The notes under the pieces were generated by a model that saw only the letters and a list, made by a program, of their open reading frames with translations, searched no databases and had not been told where the DNA came from. The position numbers were made by a program, and so were the translations under genes. A stretch of DNA of 64,000 bases from Marsupella aquatica (taxonomy: Eukaryota; Plantae; Marchantiophyta), in contig OZ316896.1 of the NCBI GenBank assembly GCA_973895155.1, forward strand, positions 11,608,830 through 11,672,829. The letters run 5' to 3'. This document shows, in pieces, positions 12,413 through 25,340 of the stretch. Position 1 is the stretch's first letter. Each line of letters starts with the position of its first letter.

Positions 12413-14509
12413 ATGCAGCTTCCGCCCGGGGGGTCGGTGTACGTGCAAGCTTCGAGGGCGGGGGATTCCTATGCTTCAGGAAGTCCTGGTATTTCTCAGG
12501 AAATGGACCGCAGGCCGGATTTGCGCATGATGACACCAGAATCTCGATCAGATCAGAGTTGTGGAGGGTATGGGGGGCTTCAGCGCATCGGTGTCAATGG
12601 AGTCTCTCCATCTAACAACGCGATGGAGATTTTATCCCGATTCCGACCCATCGCTCCGAAGCCGATCACCCCGAAGCCTGGGGAATCAGCGGGCTCTGCT
12701 CCGAGTGATCCCCCGTCTACTTCCACTCTGTCTTTCGACCGAACTCCTTCTGGCAAAGCTGTGACGTCAGAAAGGTCTCGAGGGAAGCGGAGTCGTAAGA
12801 GGCTTGGCTCTGACCCACTTTTGCCTCCGACACGACGGCCGAAGCGAGGTCAGACGCCGTCCAAGCCTCGAGCTGTGACTTACAATGGACCTATTACGGT
12901 GGGAGGAATCCAAAAGGCTGTTGAGCAGTTTGCACCGGACAATAAATCTGGATTGCGGCCGATGCTTCCAACCGCTAATGGTGGAGGAGAGTATCGTCTC
13001 ATGAAGGTGCGTGGTTTTTTTTTCCCTCTATCCAGCGCGCTACCCTTTGTAAATCAATCTCTTATGGTTAGTACGGCAACGGGAGCTCTGGTGCTATCAT
13101 TGCTCAGTGGAAACCGTCGATAGTTTTCTTTTGCGTTTTTGTGTAATCTCCTTACTGAGTTTCTGTGTTTTGTTTGGGCAAACCAGGGAGGAGTATCTAA
13201 TGGCACTCACGGCACCCAACTGGCACCACCTACGGAGTACATTTCAATGGGGGATGCACCTGAGGGGCTTGGTGGATGGGTACGGCCTGATCGTCGGAAG
13301 TTTCAGGGCTTCGGAGCATTCAAGATGCCACCTGTGAGCGCCACCAATGAATGGGTGTCTCTGAGAGGTGCAGGATCGCAGGATACCGGTGCACCAGCAG
13401 CAGCCCCGGCAAATGAGGGGGCTCCTGTTGCTGAAGAGCCGGCGTTCATGGGGAGAGCGGCAGCGGCATCCAATTCACAGCCGTTTATCGGAAGGGAGTT
13501 GAATGGAGTTCAGAAGGTAAAAGCAGCATATGATCGAGGATATGACACTTATCAGAGCTGTGGCGTTGATGTGGATGCTTACCGCCCTGAGATGATGGGC
13601 CACTGCTGGCCTTTTCCGATGTATGGAGCAGCCCCTTACACGCAATGGATGGTTGATCAACTCTCGCATGCTCGCAGTAACGGGGACACTAGTGAGCTGA
13701 TCTCCGACGGAAACAGTCGTGACCCGAACACCCCTGAAGCACCTAAACACTTGGTGACCTTGTCTCTCCTCCCGAGGGACAGCCCTTCTCAAAGCAATAC
13801 CACAACTGCACCCATCAGGCCTACAGCCTCGAAGCATATTCCGTGCTTGGAGCTCAGTTTGACGTCTGATACGAGGGACTGGAATGAGATCAGGCAGGAC
13901 AGTCCAGAGGAGCTACACAAGCTCACTTTGTTCAATCACAGAAGCTATGAGGAGGAGCGGAGGAACGGCTTTCGTGAGACGGATACAGATCGTTCTGGAG
14001 GCACAAGTTCTTCATCGGAGAAAGATTTGAGAGGGGGATGTATGATGCAAGAACCACGGGAAGGGCTCTCTCGAGTGCCAAGCCGGGACAGCGAAGGCAG
14101 CGGTCCCTCTGTGACTGACACTCTTCACATGGAACACCAGTACGCGGTCTCTTCGGAGCCTATGATGCTGTCTGACGAGTTTAGTGGAGAGATTTTGTGG
14201 GCGAATCAAGGTTATATGAAGGCAGACGCCGAAAGGAATCAAAGATTTGGCAAGGCCAAAGAAGGGCCGTATTTGGACGTTCTTGGTATCCCGACGAAGA
14301 TGTCATCGTTCGATTTTAGAACTCAACACGGAACTGTAACTAAATCCAATTTGTGGGGTTTCTTAAAGAAGTTCATGAAATCGGGGCCAAGCAGAAATAG
14401 CTCGCCTTCGCCACTTGAAGGGGGAGCAGATGGAGGAGGGTCTATGGAAAATAGATCTCCCAGCAGAAAGTCGTCGTCGACCACTGGAGAGGATTTTCGT
14501 GAAAGCTAG
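12413..14509 (+). CDS. Plant-specific protein with RFRPIAPKP motif (uncharacterised family; recalled as At5g40800/At3g27030-like), 2 exons
   Basis: Exons 12413-13006 (AAG|GTGCGT) and 13187-14509 (ccag|GGA) join in frame. Motifs EILSRFRPIAPKP, a basic NLS-like RGKRSRKR, LVTLSLLP and MLSD..GEILWANQGY match my recollection of the family. The start codon is uncertain. Confidence 0.75.
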
Positions 14510-17229
14510 CAGAATCCCCTTCGGAAGCTCATCACCCCTCAAGCCAATTAGTTAAAAGGTCGGACTCTAAAGAAAGAGTGCACTGGGGTGCAAAGAGATG
14601 ACAACCACAATTTTCGCTCTACCTGTTTCTAGTGTAAGTAGTGCTTTTGGCTTATTCACGGCTTCATCAATGTGGCTCATTTTCATGTACAGACGCTCAG
14701 CTAGTTTCCCTGAGCCAATGTGTCACTGCAATCATACAAGATAGAGTCTGGGGGGTTCAAATTTCTGCTGCTTCCTTAATTTATTCAATCATTTCTATGC
14801 TCCAAGCAGCTTCTGGCCTACATACACAATATATCGCCTGCTCTCGTTGTCGACTCGTGAAAGTTAATTCTATCCATACTCTTCAATTTATGTCCCTTCG
14901 GTGAGCAATTCGATGATTGGAGTCCGTGAAAAGCAAATAATTCTTTACGAGAGGAACGAATGCGAAAGCTAACCGCAAATGAATGAGAGTATTAGTAAGA
15001 ATATTCAGATTTTCTAACTTTTCGTGGAGGTTTGAACCCGGTAACTGGAGGTCTGTGGCTAACTGATACTGCGCATCATCATTTAGCTATGCCGTTCTAT
15101 TTTTAGTGGCTGGTCATATGTACAGTATTGGTCATAGTTTTAAAGAAATTTTAGAAGCTCACAAAGGGCCATTTACTGGCGAAGCCCGGCCTTGGTCTTT
15201 GAGTCGAAATACGTTATTTTGGTGGGTTGTTTAGTAGTTTCACGTTTTTTCTCGGTATGGGTGAGAGTAGGCTCCTCCCTAAGTTTCCGGCCCGTTTCAT
15301 GAAACCATTTCGGGCTTATGCCGCCGGGAAGCCGCTCGACGAAAGATGCTCGGCGTCATCTGCTGGCTGCTGGAACAAAGTGTAGAAATGCTGCACACCC
15401 AGGTGCTCCAAACAGACGGGAGAGCTTCGGGGCAAGCAATGTCCGCTTCCTCGGATCGTGTATGTGCGACACAGTAATGATGACGACTTTCCGCGGGCCG
15501 TGTCACAATTGCTCTAACTGTGAGGTTCCAAAGCTGCTGATGGATAGACAAACAAAGTGGTCTTTCAGTGTGCTCCATTTGGCATGGGCCATAGGATCTT
15601 CTTGAAGGATGTGCTCACAATGAGCTGGTCTTTCTCATTCCCAACCAAGGAATTCAAACATGTTTACATCGCTGTGCATACTTTGTGATAAGTAAAATTT
15701 AGGGGAATCGTGGGTTGTGTAGTATCCTCACTAAGAATTCTTTGGCTTGCCAATTCTTCACATTGACTCGCATGATTTCAGTTCCAAATTGCCGCGCATA
15801 CAACTCTTGTAATGATCAGCTCCTTGGATGAATGTTGGAGAAGTCCCATTGTAATCTTATTAGTAGCTGATATTAGTAAATGCACTCGATCGCTTCCAAG
15901 AACATTCCCTCTTCGCATGGCTTGCATCATCCGTTCTCCAACACCTCTTCTATATTCAGTCTCAAATCATGGCGACAATTGCCCTATCAGGACTCCCTCT
16001 ACAATTCACTCATCACGTTTGCCCAGATTCAACTGTTCTCCCAAGTGCCGCCGGATGCCTTGTCTGAAGACATCAATTTACGATCAGAGTTTTTTTCCTC
16101 ACGCGAGATCACGTTCACTATTTATTGTGCCATTCAGGAGTCTTGAGATAATGTCTCTATGTTTGAGCTCCTTGTTCAACGTCTTCGTTGACACACTGCC
16201 TTCTTAGTCTCTCGCCCTTGGTGGCGCCTCAGAATTTTGTTGCTGTTGTTGATGGGAGCTCAAAGTGGTCAATAAAAGCATTGGGTCAAATTAAGTGGAG
16301 GCTGGACTCGAGTCAGACTTCATCGCAGATCACTACAGTCTAGAGAACGAATTGAGACGAAAGGAGTTTCAAACATGCCAAACGCTTGAATGCTACAGTG
16401 GGTGCATTTCTTTTGTCAAACTCGGAGGCTGAGTAAGGCCAGACTTCATTGCAAGCGAAAACAACAGTCTAGACAACGAATTGAGTCGAACAGAGTTTCA
16501 AAGCGAAGAAGGGCAAATTGACTAAAAAGGGCCAAACAAAGTACAATGGAGAAAAAGAGCTCGAGAGAGGACTAAACATCAAACTCAAACTAAGAGAGCA
16601 AATGCAAACTCCAAAAACTAGAAAGAGCAGTATTATAGTAAGAGATAAAGATCTACCACTGCAATTGTGTGATGGTTTTTAAAGGGCTTGAACAGATGGG
16701 GTCGGGCCAACTACAGGTGATCGACATGCGGGCTGGGCTGCAGCAGTAGAGGTGGAGTGCATCAAAGGTAGAACTGTTCTTGTAGTGGCAGAGTTCTGCC
16801 AAATTCTTTGCCAAATTAGTACCCTCAATATCCAATGGAAACTGATTGCTCTGGGTTCGTGAGACAGTGTTTGGGAATGATCTTTCAAAGGAACCTAACA
16901 TAGTCAAATTTCACTAAGAGTTGAGAGACCAAAATTTCCCGAAGCTGATGTCATTTTATTGTGACATCTCATTCATTTGGTGTAAATGTATGAGCAGAAA
17001 GAGGGTTTTGCTAAGGTCCATCCGTGCTGCAAAAGTCTATAAAAGATTTTTATTTTCAAAATTTTGATTTTGAGAAAAAACAGCCAATTGTCGTCCGTGT
17101 CAGGACCCCGGTAGTTTGATCTGCCAGTCATCCTGAAAGTGCAAAAGATCCAATTATATAGATTGTGTGTATTATAGACTGCTACCGTTTACATAGATTA
17201 TGTGTGTTAGAGACGCCTACAAGTTACAT

Positions 17230-17700
17230 ACCCCCATTGGCCACATTGACTTGACACATGGGAGGAGTTGGTCGAGGTTTTGAGTTAGGGGTTGGACATG
17301 GAGACACTGATGCCCTTGAAGTGAGGGAGACTGAGTACCATTGAGGGCCCTGGACAAAGGGTGAAGCTATAAGCTCCTATTCTATACCCTTCCTAATATT
17401 GAATTTTGCTTTTTGCTTTGAAGAGTGCTTTTAACTAACAGCTATAGTAAGCAATCCCTCATTTTGCAGTCCCATGGTCTGGGAGGGGTCCACTTTCAGC
17501 CCTATGATTGATCACATAATTTTATATGATCATCAGATCATTCAGAAGCAGCACAGGTCCACAGGGTTGTTAAGGAACACTGGCAGGGTGGGCAGCCTTG
17601 GGCCTCATGAGGAGAGTTGAGACTCATAACTTGCTAGGCTGGAAACAAGGCGGAAGAAGGAAATAAGCAAAATAAGAAACTAAGAAACTAAGAATGTCCA
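17230..17700 (+). mobile_element. Possible highly decayed LTR-retrotransposon gag relic
   Basis: Fragments LDTWEELVEV and KGEAISSY resemble gag TWEEL and GESVxxY motifs. The region has many stops. Confidence 0.3.
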
Positions 17701-18280
17701 CCCAGCAATGACAACAATTTGTGTGACATACCGGAATACATTACTCCAGTGCTGGCACGGCAGTAACCATAACACTTCCTCAATCACACAACACATGTAG
17801 TGCACTGGCATTGGGCTAGTTCAAAGATAATGAAACCATTTGATAGGTCTCTATGTTCTTACTTCCAAACAAATACAAGAAAGGCACCGGAGTAAAAGGG
17901 GGTGACCTGGGATAGAGTGCCAATACAGGGCATCCCCAGGGCAGCCACAGCTACAGAGCCACACCGGTCTCCTTATAGATAACCAAGGTCTGGGCAGAGG
18001 GGTTACTAGGCTGAAACCCTGCATTTCAGGGCGTTCGGGCCAGGAAGTTTTTTCTAAAAAATGTGTCTCTAACCCCAAGGTATAAGCTAGGGAAAACATT
18101 CTGAATTAAAGGCAGCCAGAAGGGAAGGGAGCTCATGGTCAACACGTCGACAGTCCGACAGCTGGCAAAAATAACAAAATCATCCCAAATGGTTTGCCTG
18201 GATACGATTTCTGTGCCCAATGGGGATGTTTCAAAACATGGTACAGATTTAGAGTATAACGGTACAAGTTTATGTAAAAC

Positions 18281-18457
18281 GCATTTGGGATCCCATCCAT
18301 GTCGAAAAGGTTCAGATAGACATCTTATCCGAGCTCAAGAAAAGGAGGACAACTTGAGAATTAAGGAAACCTTTTTTTAATGTAGATCAGATGAGATCTG
18401 CATTCAAACCTTGGAATCATTTTTTTCTCTTGGAACTTGGATGGGATCCCAAAATGC
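18281..18457. mobile_element. Small inverted-repeat element (MITE-like)
   Basis: gcatttgggatcccatcc ... ggatgggatcccaaaatgc form 18-19 bp inverted ends. No TSD is evident. Confidence 0.5.
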
Positions 18458-18780
18458 TCTTTGTGACTGGTCAGCAAATAGTGCACTCAAACTAGGGCTG
18501 TATGATATCTGACAACAATGCTTCTGAAAACAACCTCGACCTCACCAACAGTGATCTCCAGATGCACCCGTTGCTTGACCTTGGGAACCCCTTCACGTGC
18601 AAGGCCAGAAATGTGCAAAAGATATTCCTAGGCAGGCATAGACTCTTCTTCAAGTTCAAAATGCTTATTTGAGGACTCAATTTACCAAACAATTAAGGGG
18701 CATCTCTGTTTTCAAATCAGACCTACGGCTACAGAGCATTGGGAGCACTGAAGTACTGAGTCCCTGTACAGATATTGAGG

Positions 18781-21080
18781 TCAGGTGGTCTCATTCAGTG
18801 GCTTTGCTTTGACCAGCTCCACCTCGATCAACAGTGCTTGAGTGTTCCTCCTCTCAGACAAACGCCTCTCTGCAAAAAATGAGGTTGGCCTAGGCAAAAC
18901 ATCTGGGCTCACCCATCCACGGTCTGGGGTGACAAGTATTCGCCGCCTTGCTCCCACTTGCATTCCTTCCATTCCTCCCTCCACGGCCTCTGGCACCTGG
19001 AAACAGTACCAATGTGCAAGAGATTAACTACTGCTACCGATACAAAAGGCAGAGAAAAAATGTTGAAAGGCTAGCGTGGCACCTTACTCACAGAACTAGC
19101 ACCATAGTGGTAGAATTAGCATAGACAAACAAACCAAAATGTGGGTTCAATTTTTCATGGCCAAAATGGCCTCACTACGACATGAATGCCCCATTACCAT
19201 GCCTGCGCCATACTGGAAGGTAAAAGTCTCTCCAACATCATTCTTCCCTTCCTTTCCATAGCCTATGGAGTCCAAATAGTACCTGTCATAAATGATAAGC
19301 ACATGTTAATGGATGCTGCTGATAAGAATTTAGGTTTCCCTACTTAGACGTCTAGCCACAGCAACATGGAAAGTTTTCAGAATCGTCTTGTTTTATTGTA
19401 TGTCTTTAATGCACAGATTGATGAAAGAAAAGAATAGACGGCTACTCGAGCAGATGTCTGATGCTTCCGGTTTGGTATATGAGGGCAAGTCATCACTTCA
19501 TACCCATTAAGACGAGAGATTGTGTAGTAAATAGAAACGAAGTCGCCAGGACCAATTGGCCTACCAACACCCGGTTCCAGTTCCCTAAATCTGCACCAAT
19601 TCGTTCTGTCAGTAAAAAAACATCAACCACCTTGCAGAAACATTCCTAACCTTTAAAACTGAACAATCATAAATCCTTGTAGAACTCCGGATGTGAATAG
19701 CCCTAAAGAGAATCCTACTTGATTCCAGAAGATGAAACTCTGACAGGTCCGTCTGCAGCCTCCTTTATGTCACGCAGCTTTTCCCCAGCATTTCTTGCAT
19801 CTTCAATATTAGTGAATGCTCTGCCACAGGATTATGTTCATTGAGAAACTACTCTGTAGATCAGTGGCACATAAACTCCAATTACTCAAAGAAAGCAACA
19901 CCGACAACATAATACATTACACAAAGATATTTCCTCACATTTTTGCCTAACTTATCTTGAAACTGGCGATAGCCCATGTGTGAACTGAGAAACATATAAC
20001 ACTTTTAGCAGCGACATTCAAGAACAAACACGGGAACCTGCATTTAGGAGATGATCATGCAGAAGACAAATGGAAGAAAAGCCCCGATCAACAGGCTCTA
20101 GATCTTGCCATTTGAACTTTTAAACCATTTTGGAAAACCCTTCTCCCCATAACATCATCGAAGGCCATTGTGTTTCGGACCAGCTTTGTCAATGTTGAAG
20201 AGAACCGGGTTTGACAGGCTACTCTGTGAGGTTGTCTATTTTGCCTTAAGCATGAATCTCCACGAGTCATCGTGCGCTGAAAACTTTCAATTCTCTCTCT
20301 AGAAATTCGGTTGCCTTCGGAAGTTATTTTCACATTTGTGATGAGGGAAACTTCTGGCCTATCTAAGTGCATCACATATGGACGGTGGGAGGCAGATACC
20401 ACCTTCTAACTCGGGCTGAAAGTTGTCCGCTGAGGTGCACATCTGGAAATGTCAACGTATCGATCGACAGACGGTTATGCCAATCCGAATTCGAACTCAA
20501 ATTTTACGTGAAGTGGCTGGGAGCACATAGTCGAAGGCTGTCGGCTATCTACATTTGCACCTTTCACCCTGCATGGCAACTTAGGGCTCACGTGGATCTG
20601 AGGATTTAAAGTATACATTTTCTAAATCAGGATCATGTAGCTGATGGCGTTCATTGTTTTCAAAAGAAGTCCACTTCAGAAAGCTCAAACTTTCCTGTCC
20701 GTGTTTTAAGAAAGGTGGTCGACAGGAGGTGTGGGACTCTTAGACTGGCAGCACTACTGCTCGTCGTACTGCAGCTAAACCATATGCATATCAATTCTCA
20801 ATTATGGTGGACGAGAACTGAAGCCTCTTTAACCGAGGATTCTTTTAGGTTGGATCTGAATAATGGAGAAATGAATAAGAGAAAGGTCTGCGCAAGTGAC
20901 GTTGAACATTTTTAAGAATAAAGGATAATAGAGCCTGGATTGAGTAGCTTGAGACTTACAATGCAAGAGGAGGCATGAGGAAAGCAGCGCTGGCACCAGC
21001 TGCAACTCGTTGAGCTAATTGTAAAATATGCCGACGGGTAGGCGCACTATCCAACCATATTGTATGACCTTCCTGCTTGC
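18781..21080 (-). CDS. Chloroplast thylakoid-lumen FKBP-type peptidyl-prolyl isomerase; first exon(s) unresolved
   Basis: In-phase exons 20960-21080, 19719-19820, 19504-19590, 19198-19282 and 18781-18996 give a Tat-like signal (TRRHILQ..hydrophobic..ALA). The FKBP fold follows: SGIKFRELEPGVG, GDFVSIYYT, FTFQYGAG, GMQVGARRRILVTP, LLIEVELV. Confidence 0.85.
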
Positions 21081-22893
21081 CTGCACTTCAGGATCAGAGG
21101 ACTTCAGTGCGCTTTTCCCTGCTGTAGATAGACTGCAATGTTCTGTGACAGGTGTTAACATGGTAGTTCCGTAGATACTTTTACAAATTTTTCTTGGCTC
21201 TCTGTAGTTATGCTCCTAACCTCCTAGCTCAGTTTCTTTGTTCACTACAGAGTTTGCATCAAGACAATGACGGCAATAGCAATTTCTTCGGATTCATTAT
21301 ACAGGGTCTCGTCTGAGTGTCAGTACTCCATTCTCTTGTGCAGAAAAGAGCGTCTGCACCTGCAGCAAAGGTGATGTGAACATGACCACAATGTTTCGTA
21401 AATTTCTTTGCTCCTTTTATGGCAGACAATTGCTCACGGGGCTCGTGTTTAATTTCATTAGACGCTTAGGCACATAGGTAGGAAATCGGTGGGAAAGACA
21501 AGAAAGCATTGGTTCGTTCATTCTCTCCAAATACTGTTGCGACAAACAGAAATGCAGTTTTACGGAAGGAATATTATCTTCATTGACTCTTTTTTTTTAA
21601 CAATACAGTGTAGCTTTTCTTCAGAAACCATTATTTGGCACGCTAACTTCACCATCACATTGCCTACAGGACTTGTGAATACAGTCACTCGTCCCGACAA
21701 ACCACAACTGACACTTACAAAATTTGAATCCTTGAAGACATTGAGAATCCAAATTGATATCCAAAATTGAACATTTGAGGATCTCGTTTGAGAATCCAAA
21801 AGAAGAACCACTCGATTCTGGTACTTCTTTTGGAGCCCTTCGACTCAACCTGTTGGGGGGGTTCATATAACCTTCATTAATTGACTTCTCATCAAAATTC
21901 ATCACATGTCCTAATCCACCCATTCTACCGACCACTCTCCCACACGATCAGAACTTAGAGAGAATACCGGAAGAATTGCACGATGCCTTCGTCGTGTTGT
22001 TATACACACCGCCACACGGTAAGCATGTGCGCCACCAAACTCGAGGATTCGAGCACAAAATGAATCGTGGATCAGACGACAACATAGAAGCCAGCGATCC
22101 TGAAAGGCAGCTGGTGGTCAGGTGCAACTCCATTGCGAGCTTCCTGTGTTTAAGAGCTAATCGACAACTACTCAACACTGGTGTGTTGGTCAGAAAATGC
22201 TCAAACTCTCCAAGCCCAGAAAGGTGCTCTCATAGCTCTCCGATGTGCCTAGAGTCTGATGTCCACAGTGTCCTTCGAGATTCCCAGGCTTCAACTGAGC
22301 TCCCTCTGAGATTCGTCTGAGGCAGGACAATTGGAGTTCTCATAAGTATCAAAAAGGATCCTTCGACCCAATGCACTTGAAGTGAAAATGCGAGCTGTTC
22401 CACTCTCAAGCCGCTTGACAGTGGAAAACCCCCTCTCTTGGATTAGCAAAAATTCGCGTGGCCACCATAGCCATGGCATTCACAATTCTGGGCGGCGGGA
22501 GTCGGGAAAGAGGAACCCAGTCGACCGATATGCATCACATTTCTTCGTCAGTTTGCGGAGTGGATTTTGTCTGCTGGAACTGAAGCGATTGGCAGCGAGC
22601 TAATTGAATTCAGTGCTGGCCCACTTTCATGGGGCTCCTTGCCAACGCAGCCACAGAATCTAGCCCGACGTTTAGGCCATCAGGATGTTTGGTTTCTTGT
22701 GTCATCTCAAGATTCAGCTTTCTAAAAAGCTCAAATGATCTGAGTGGGGTCATACTCGTGTGGGGCCCCTGTTGCCTTTGTACTGCCTCTGGTGATATTT
22801 TGGTTGTGGTTGTTAGTACCGTATAGATATAACATTGCAAAAGAATAAAAATGCTAACAGTGCAAAAGAACCAAAATGCACAAAAATGGGGTA

Positions 22894-23413
22894 TCCCCCA
22901 GTTGTGATTTGATCGTTTCAAAGAGGCTGCTCTTATATCATGGGAAAATTCCACCAAAGTTTATAAACCAGCGGAAAAACCAAAGTACTTATAAACGCTG
23001 TTCTTATATTGATATACATTCTTGTGCTCTTCGTCGTACAGTTCATGATGGCAAATGGAACCCTTGTTCGAGTTCTCCTCCATACAGATGTTACAAAGTG
23101 TTTGTCTTTCAAGGCTGTTGATGGCAGCTTTGTCTTCAAGCAAGGAAAGGTATAGTCCATTGCATTTCTGGTTCGTTTGAGGAATGATCGCTCAGTCCTA
23201 TGATGTTGAAAAGCCCGTAGTTGTGCATGGTGGCTTTAGGTTGGTGCTTTCCTAAAGTCATATTATTCTGCAATTTATTTCTAGCATTTTCCCTATCTTA
23301 TGGTCTGATATAGGGCATCCAAGTCCAGTTCTTGCTCTTCAAATTTCAGCAACAAACTCAGATGGTTTTAAAAGGGTGGGCATCCCAGAGTGGAAAACTT
23401 CTAGACTTTAACG
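22894..23413 (+). pseudogene. Inverted partial duplicate of Rab GDI coding exon 4 with flanking introns
   Basis: Reverse complement of ~29211-29646. The exon copy at 23042-23149 reads [36 protein letters not shown], with AG and GT splice sites intact. Confidence 0.93.
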
Positions 23414-23705
23414 CTGGGATACTGCGGTGAGTCATCACACAAATTGCTAAGATACTGGAGATAATCTAGAACCTCTACATAATCCCTTGTTGATATCTTA
23501 TTACTAATTTTCAAACAGAAGCTAGATTGAAGCCTCTAGACCATAACTCTTTCCCCTCCATATAATTACTCTAATCATTTTTTAGAGTTTAATAAAAAAA
23601 ATTAAATATAAAGTACATATAGGTCATTATATAAACACCTAGATTCTAGGGCATTGATACTTTGTGGGATAACTATACTACTTCCGGAACCTTTACTCTT
23701 GTTAA

Positions 23706-23792
23706 AAGTTTCTTTAGCTCCGCAGAGAAAAATTACTACAATCCCAGTAACAAGAGCTAAAGGAATTTTTTATTGCGGAGCTAAAGGAACTT
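23706..23792. repeat. Fold-back hairpin
   Basis: aagtttctttagctccgca pairs with tgcggagctaaaggaactt, extended by an aaaaatt/aattttt match. Confidence 0.75.
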
Positions 23793-24235
23793 CTTGTTAT
23801 AAATAGTGTTTTGATTAATTTATAGAGCTACTTGAGATTTTTTGGGGGGAGTATTGTTGATGAATCATGTTTTTCAAAGAGTGCTACTCTTGTTACAAGA
23901 AGTGCTTCGAGTAATGTTTTGGATGCTGAGCTACCAAAAATCATGTTTTCCATACAACACTGCACTTGTTACAAGGAGAGTTTTGAATACTTTGCCGCTG
24001 CGGGGCTGCAAAAGATTTTAAATGTGCGTCTTCACTCCATTCCATTTACATTCTCAATTTGACTTTGAGGTGACCATATAATGTTTAGGCTGACAAATTA
24101 ATGTAGGTAAACAATTAATGAGAGAACTTACCATCTATTTGCACTTGGGCTGTCTCATAATTAGATGTAAAATGGTCTGCCCCCTATCACAACCATGGGG
24201 ATAGCTGGAGACAACCTAGCAGTCCATCCAAGCTT

Positions 24236-24345
24236 TAGTTTCCATAGTATGGGAGTTTTCATAAAGGAAGGGGGGATTAGAACACACATAGTTTCCATAG
24301 TATGGGAGAACATGACTCATAAAGGAAGGGGGGATTAGAACACAC
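24236..24345. repeat. Tandem duplication, about 53-57 bp x2
   Basis: tagtttccatagtatgggag...cataaaggaaggggggattagaacacac occurs twice. Confidence 0.9.
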
Positions 24346-25119
24346 TGACAGGAAGAAAGATAAAGATCATTATGATTCTACCCTAACGAGGTATAAGGTG
24401 GTATGAATTGACATAAGGAATGTATCGTACTTTATGCTATTTTGTGTTGACCAGAGGAGACAAATACACTGCTCATATAAATCTGAATTATCCTAGATTC
24501 GCTCCAAAAGGTCGATAAGGGAGAAGAAGAACACAAGTAGAAGAGGTCAGTAGGGCAGAAGGTCAAGGGGTTGAAACTTGGAAAGTCCACTTTTAAAGAG
24601 CCTTTTTACTGGGACTCTAGAATGTGGGGTACACTTACAACCTGGAGGACACTAGAAAGTGGAAAATAAAGAAAATGTTTAAAGAGGTTCTATGTATATT
24701 CAAGAATTAGGAAAAACAAAGAATGGACTAAGCTAAAGCAAATTAAAAACTAAGACTTACCTCTGAAAAACAGCACTCCTGAATGGTCAAGCATCGCGCT
24801 CCAAAATTGAGGAAACAAACAGGCTGGGGCAAGCTTAGAGCACTCAACATGAGTACAAAAGGGCTGGTTGGCTTTCGACTCAATATCCATTTCACTTGGG
24901 TCCTCACACTTGCCTTGGCTGTTAGTGCCATCACAAAGGCTCACAACCCTCTCCCACAGGGGAGGTCATGCCTTGGGCTCCACCAGTGATCTCCAAGAGA
25001 TGATTTTGCCTAAGTCTTTTGGGTGCCCCACAACTCTCTTCACAAAGCTACTAGGCGGTCTCAAATCTCGTCACACACATTTTCCAATAAGTGTTGGCTC
25101 TGGTCACGGGTACACATAT

Positions 25120-25340
25120 TTTCCAAGAAGTGAAGTGGTAGACTCCCTAGAGCTTATCCTACCACTTGTGACTGCGTTTTCCTGGAGGTAAAGTGGCAGA
25201 CTTGCAGAAGCTTGTCATACCACTTCTGTTTTCCCAAAAGTAAAGTGGTGGACTGGCTAAGGCTTGCCCTACCACTTGTGACCGCGTTTTCATGGAGGTC
25301 AAGTGGCAGACTTGCCAAAGCTTGTCTTACTCGCACTTCT
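25120..25340. repeat. Tandem duplication, about 110 bp x2, in LTR-like sequence
   Basis: aagtggt.gact...cctaccacttgtgac.gcgttttc.tggaggt.aagtggcagacttgc occurs twice. Confidence 0.85.

Noticed and set aside
21560-22850. Separate gene or viral insert upstream of the FKBP
   Set aside because: All six frames are interrupted and no motif is recognisable. It is more simply FKBP 5' region or a decayed relic.
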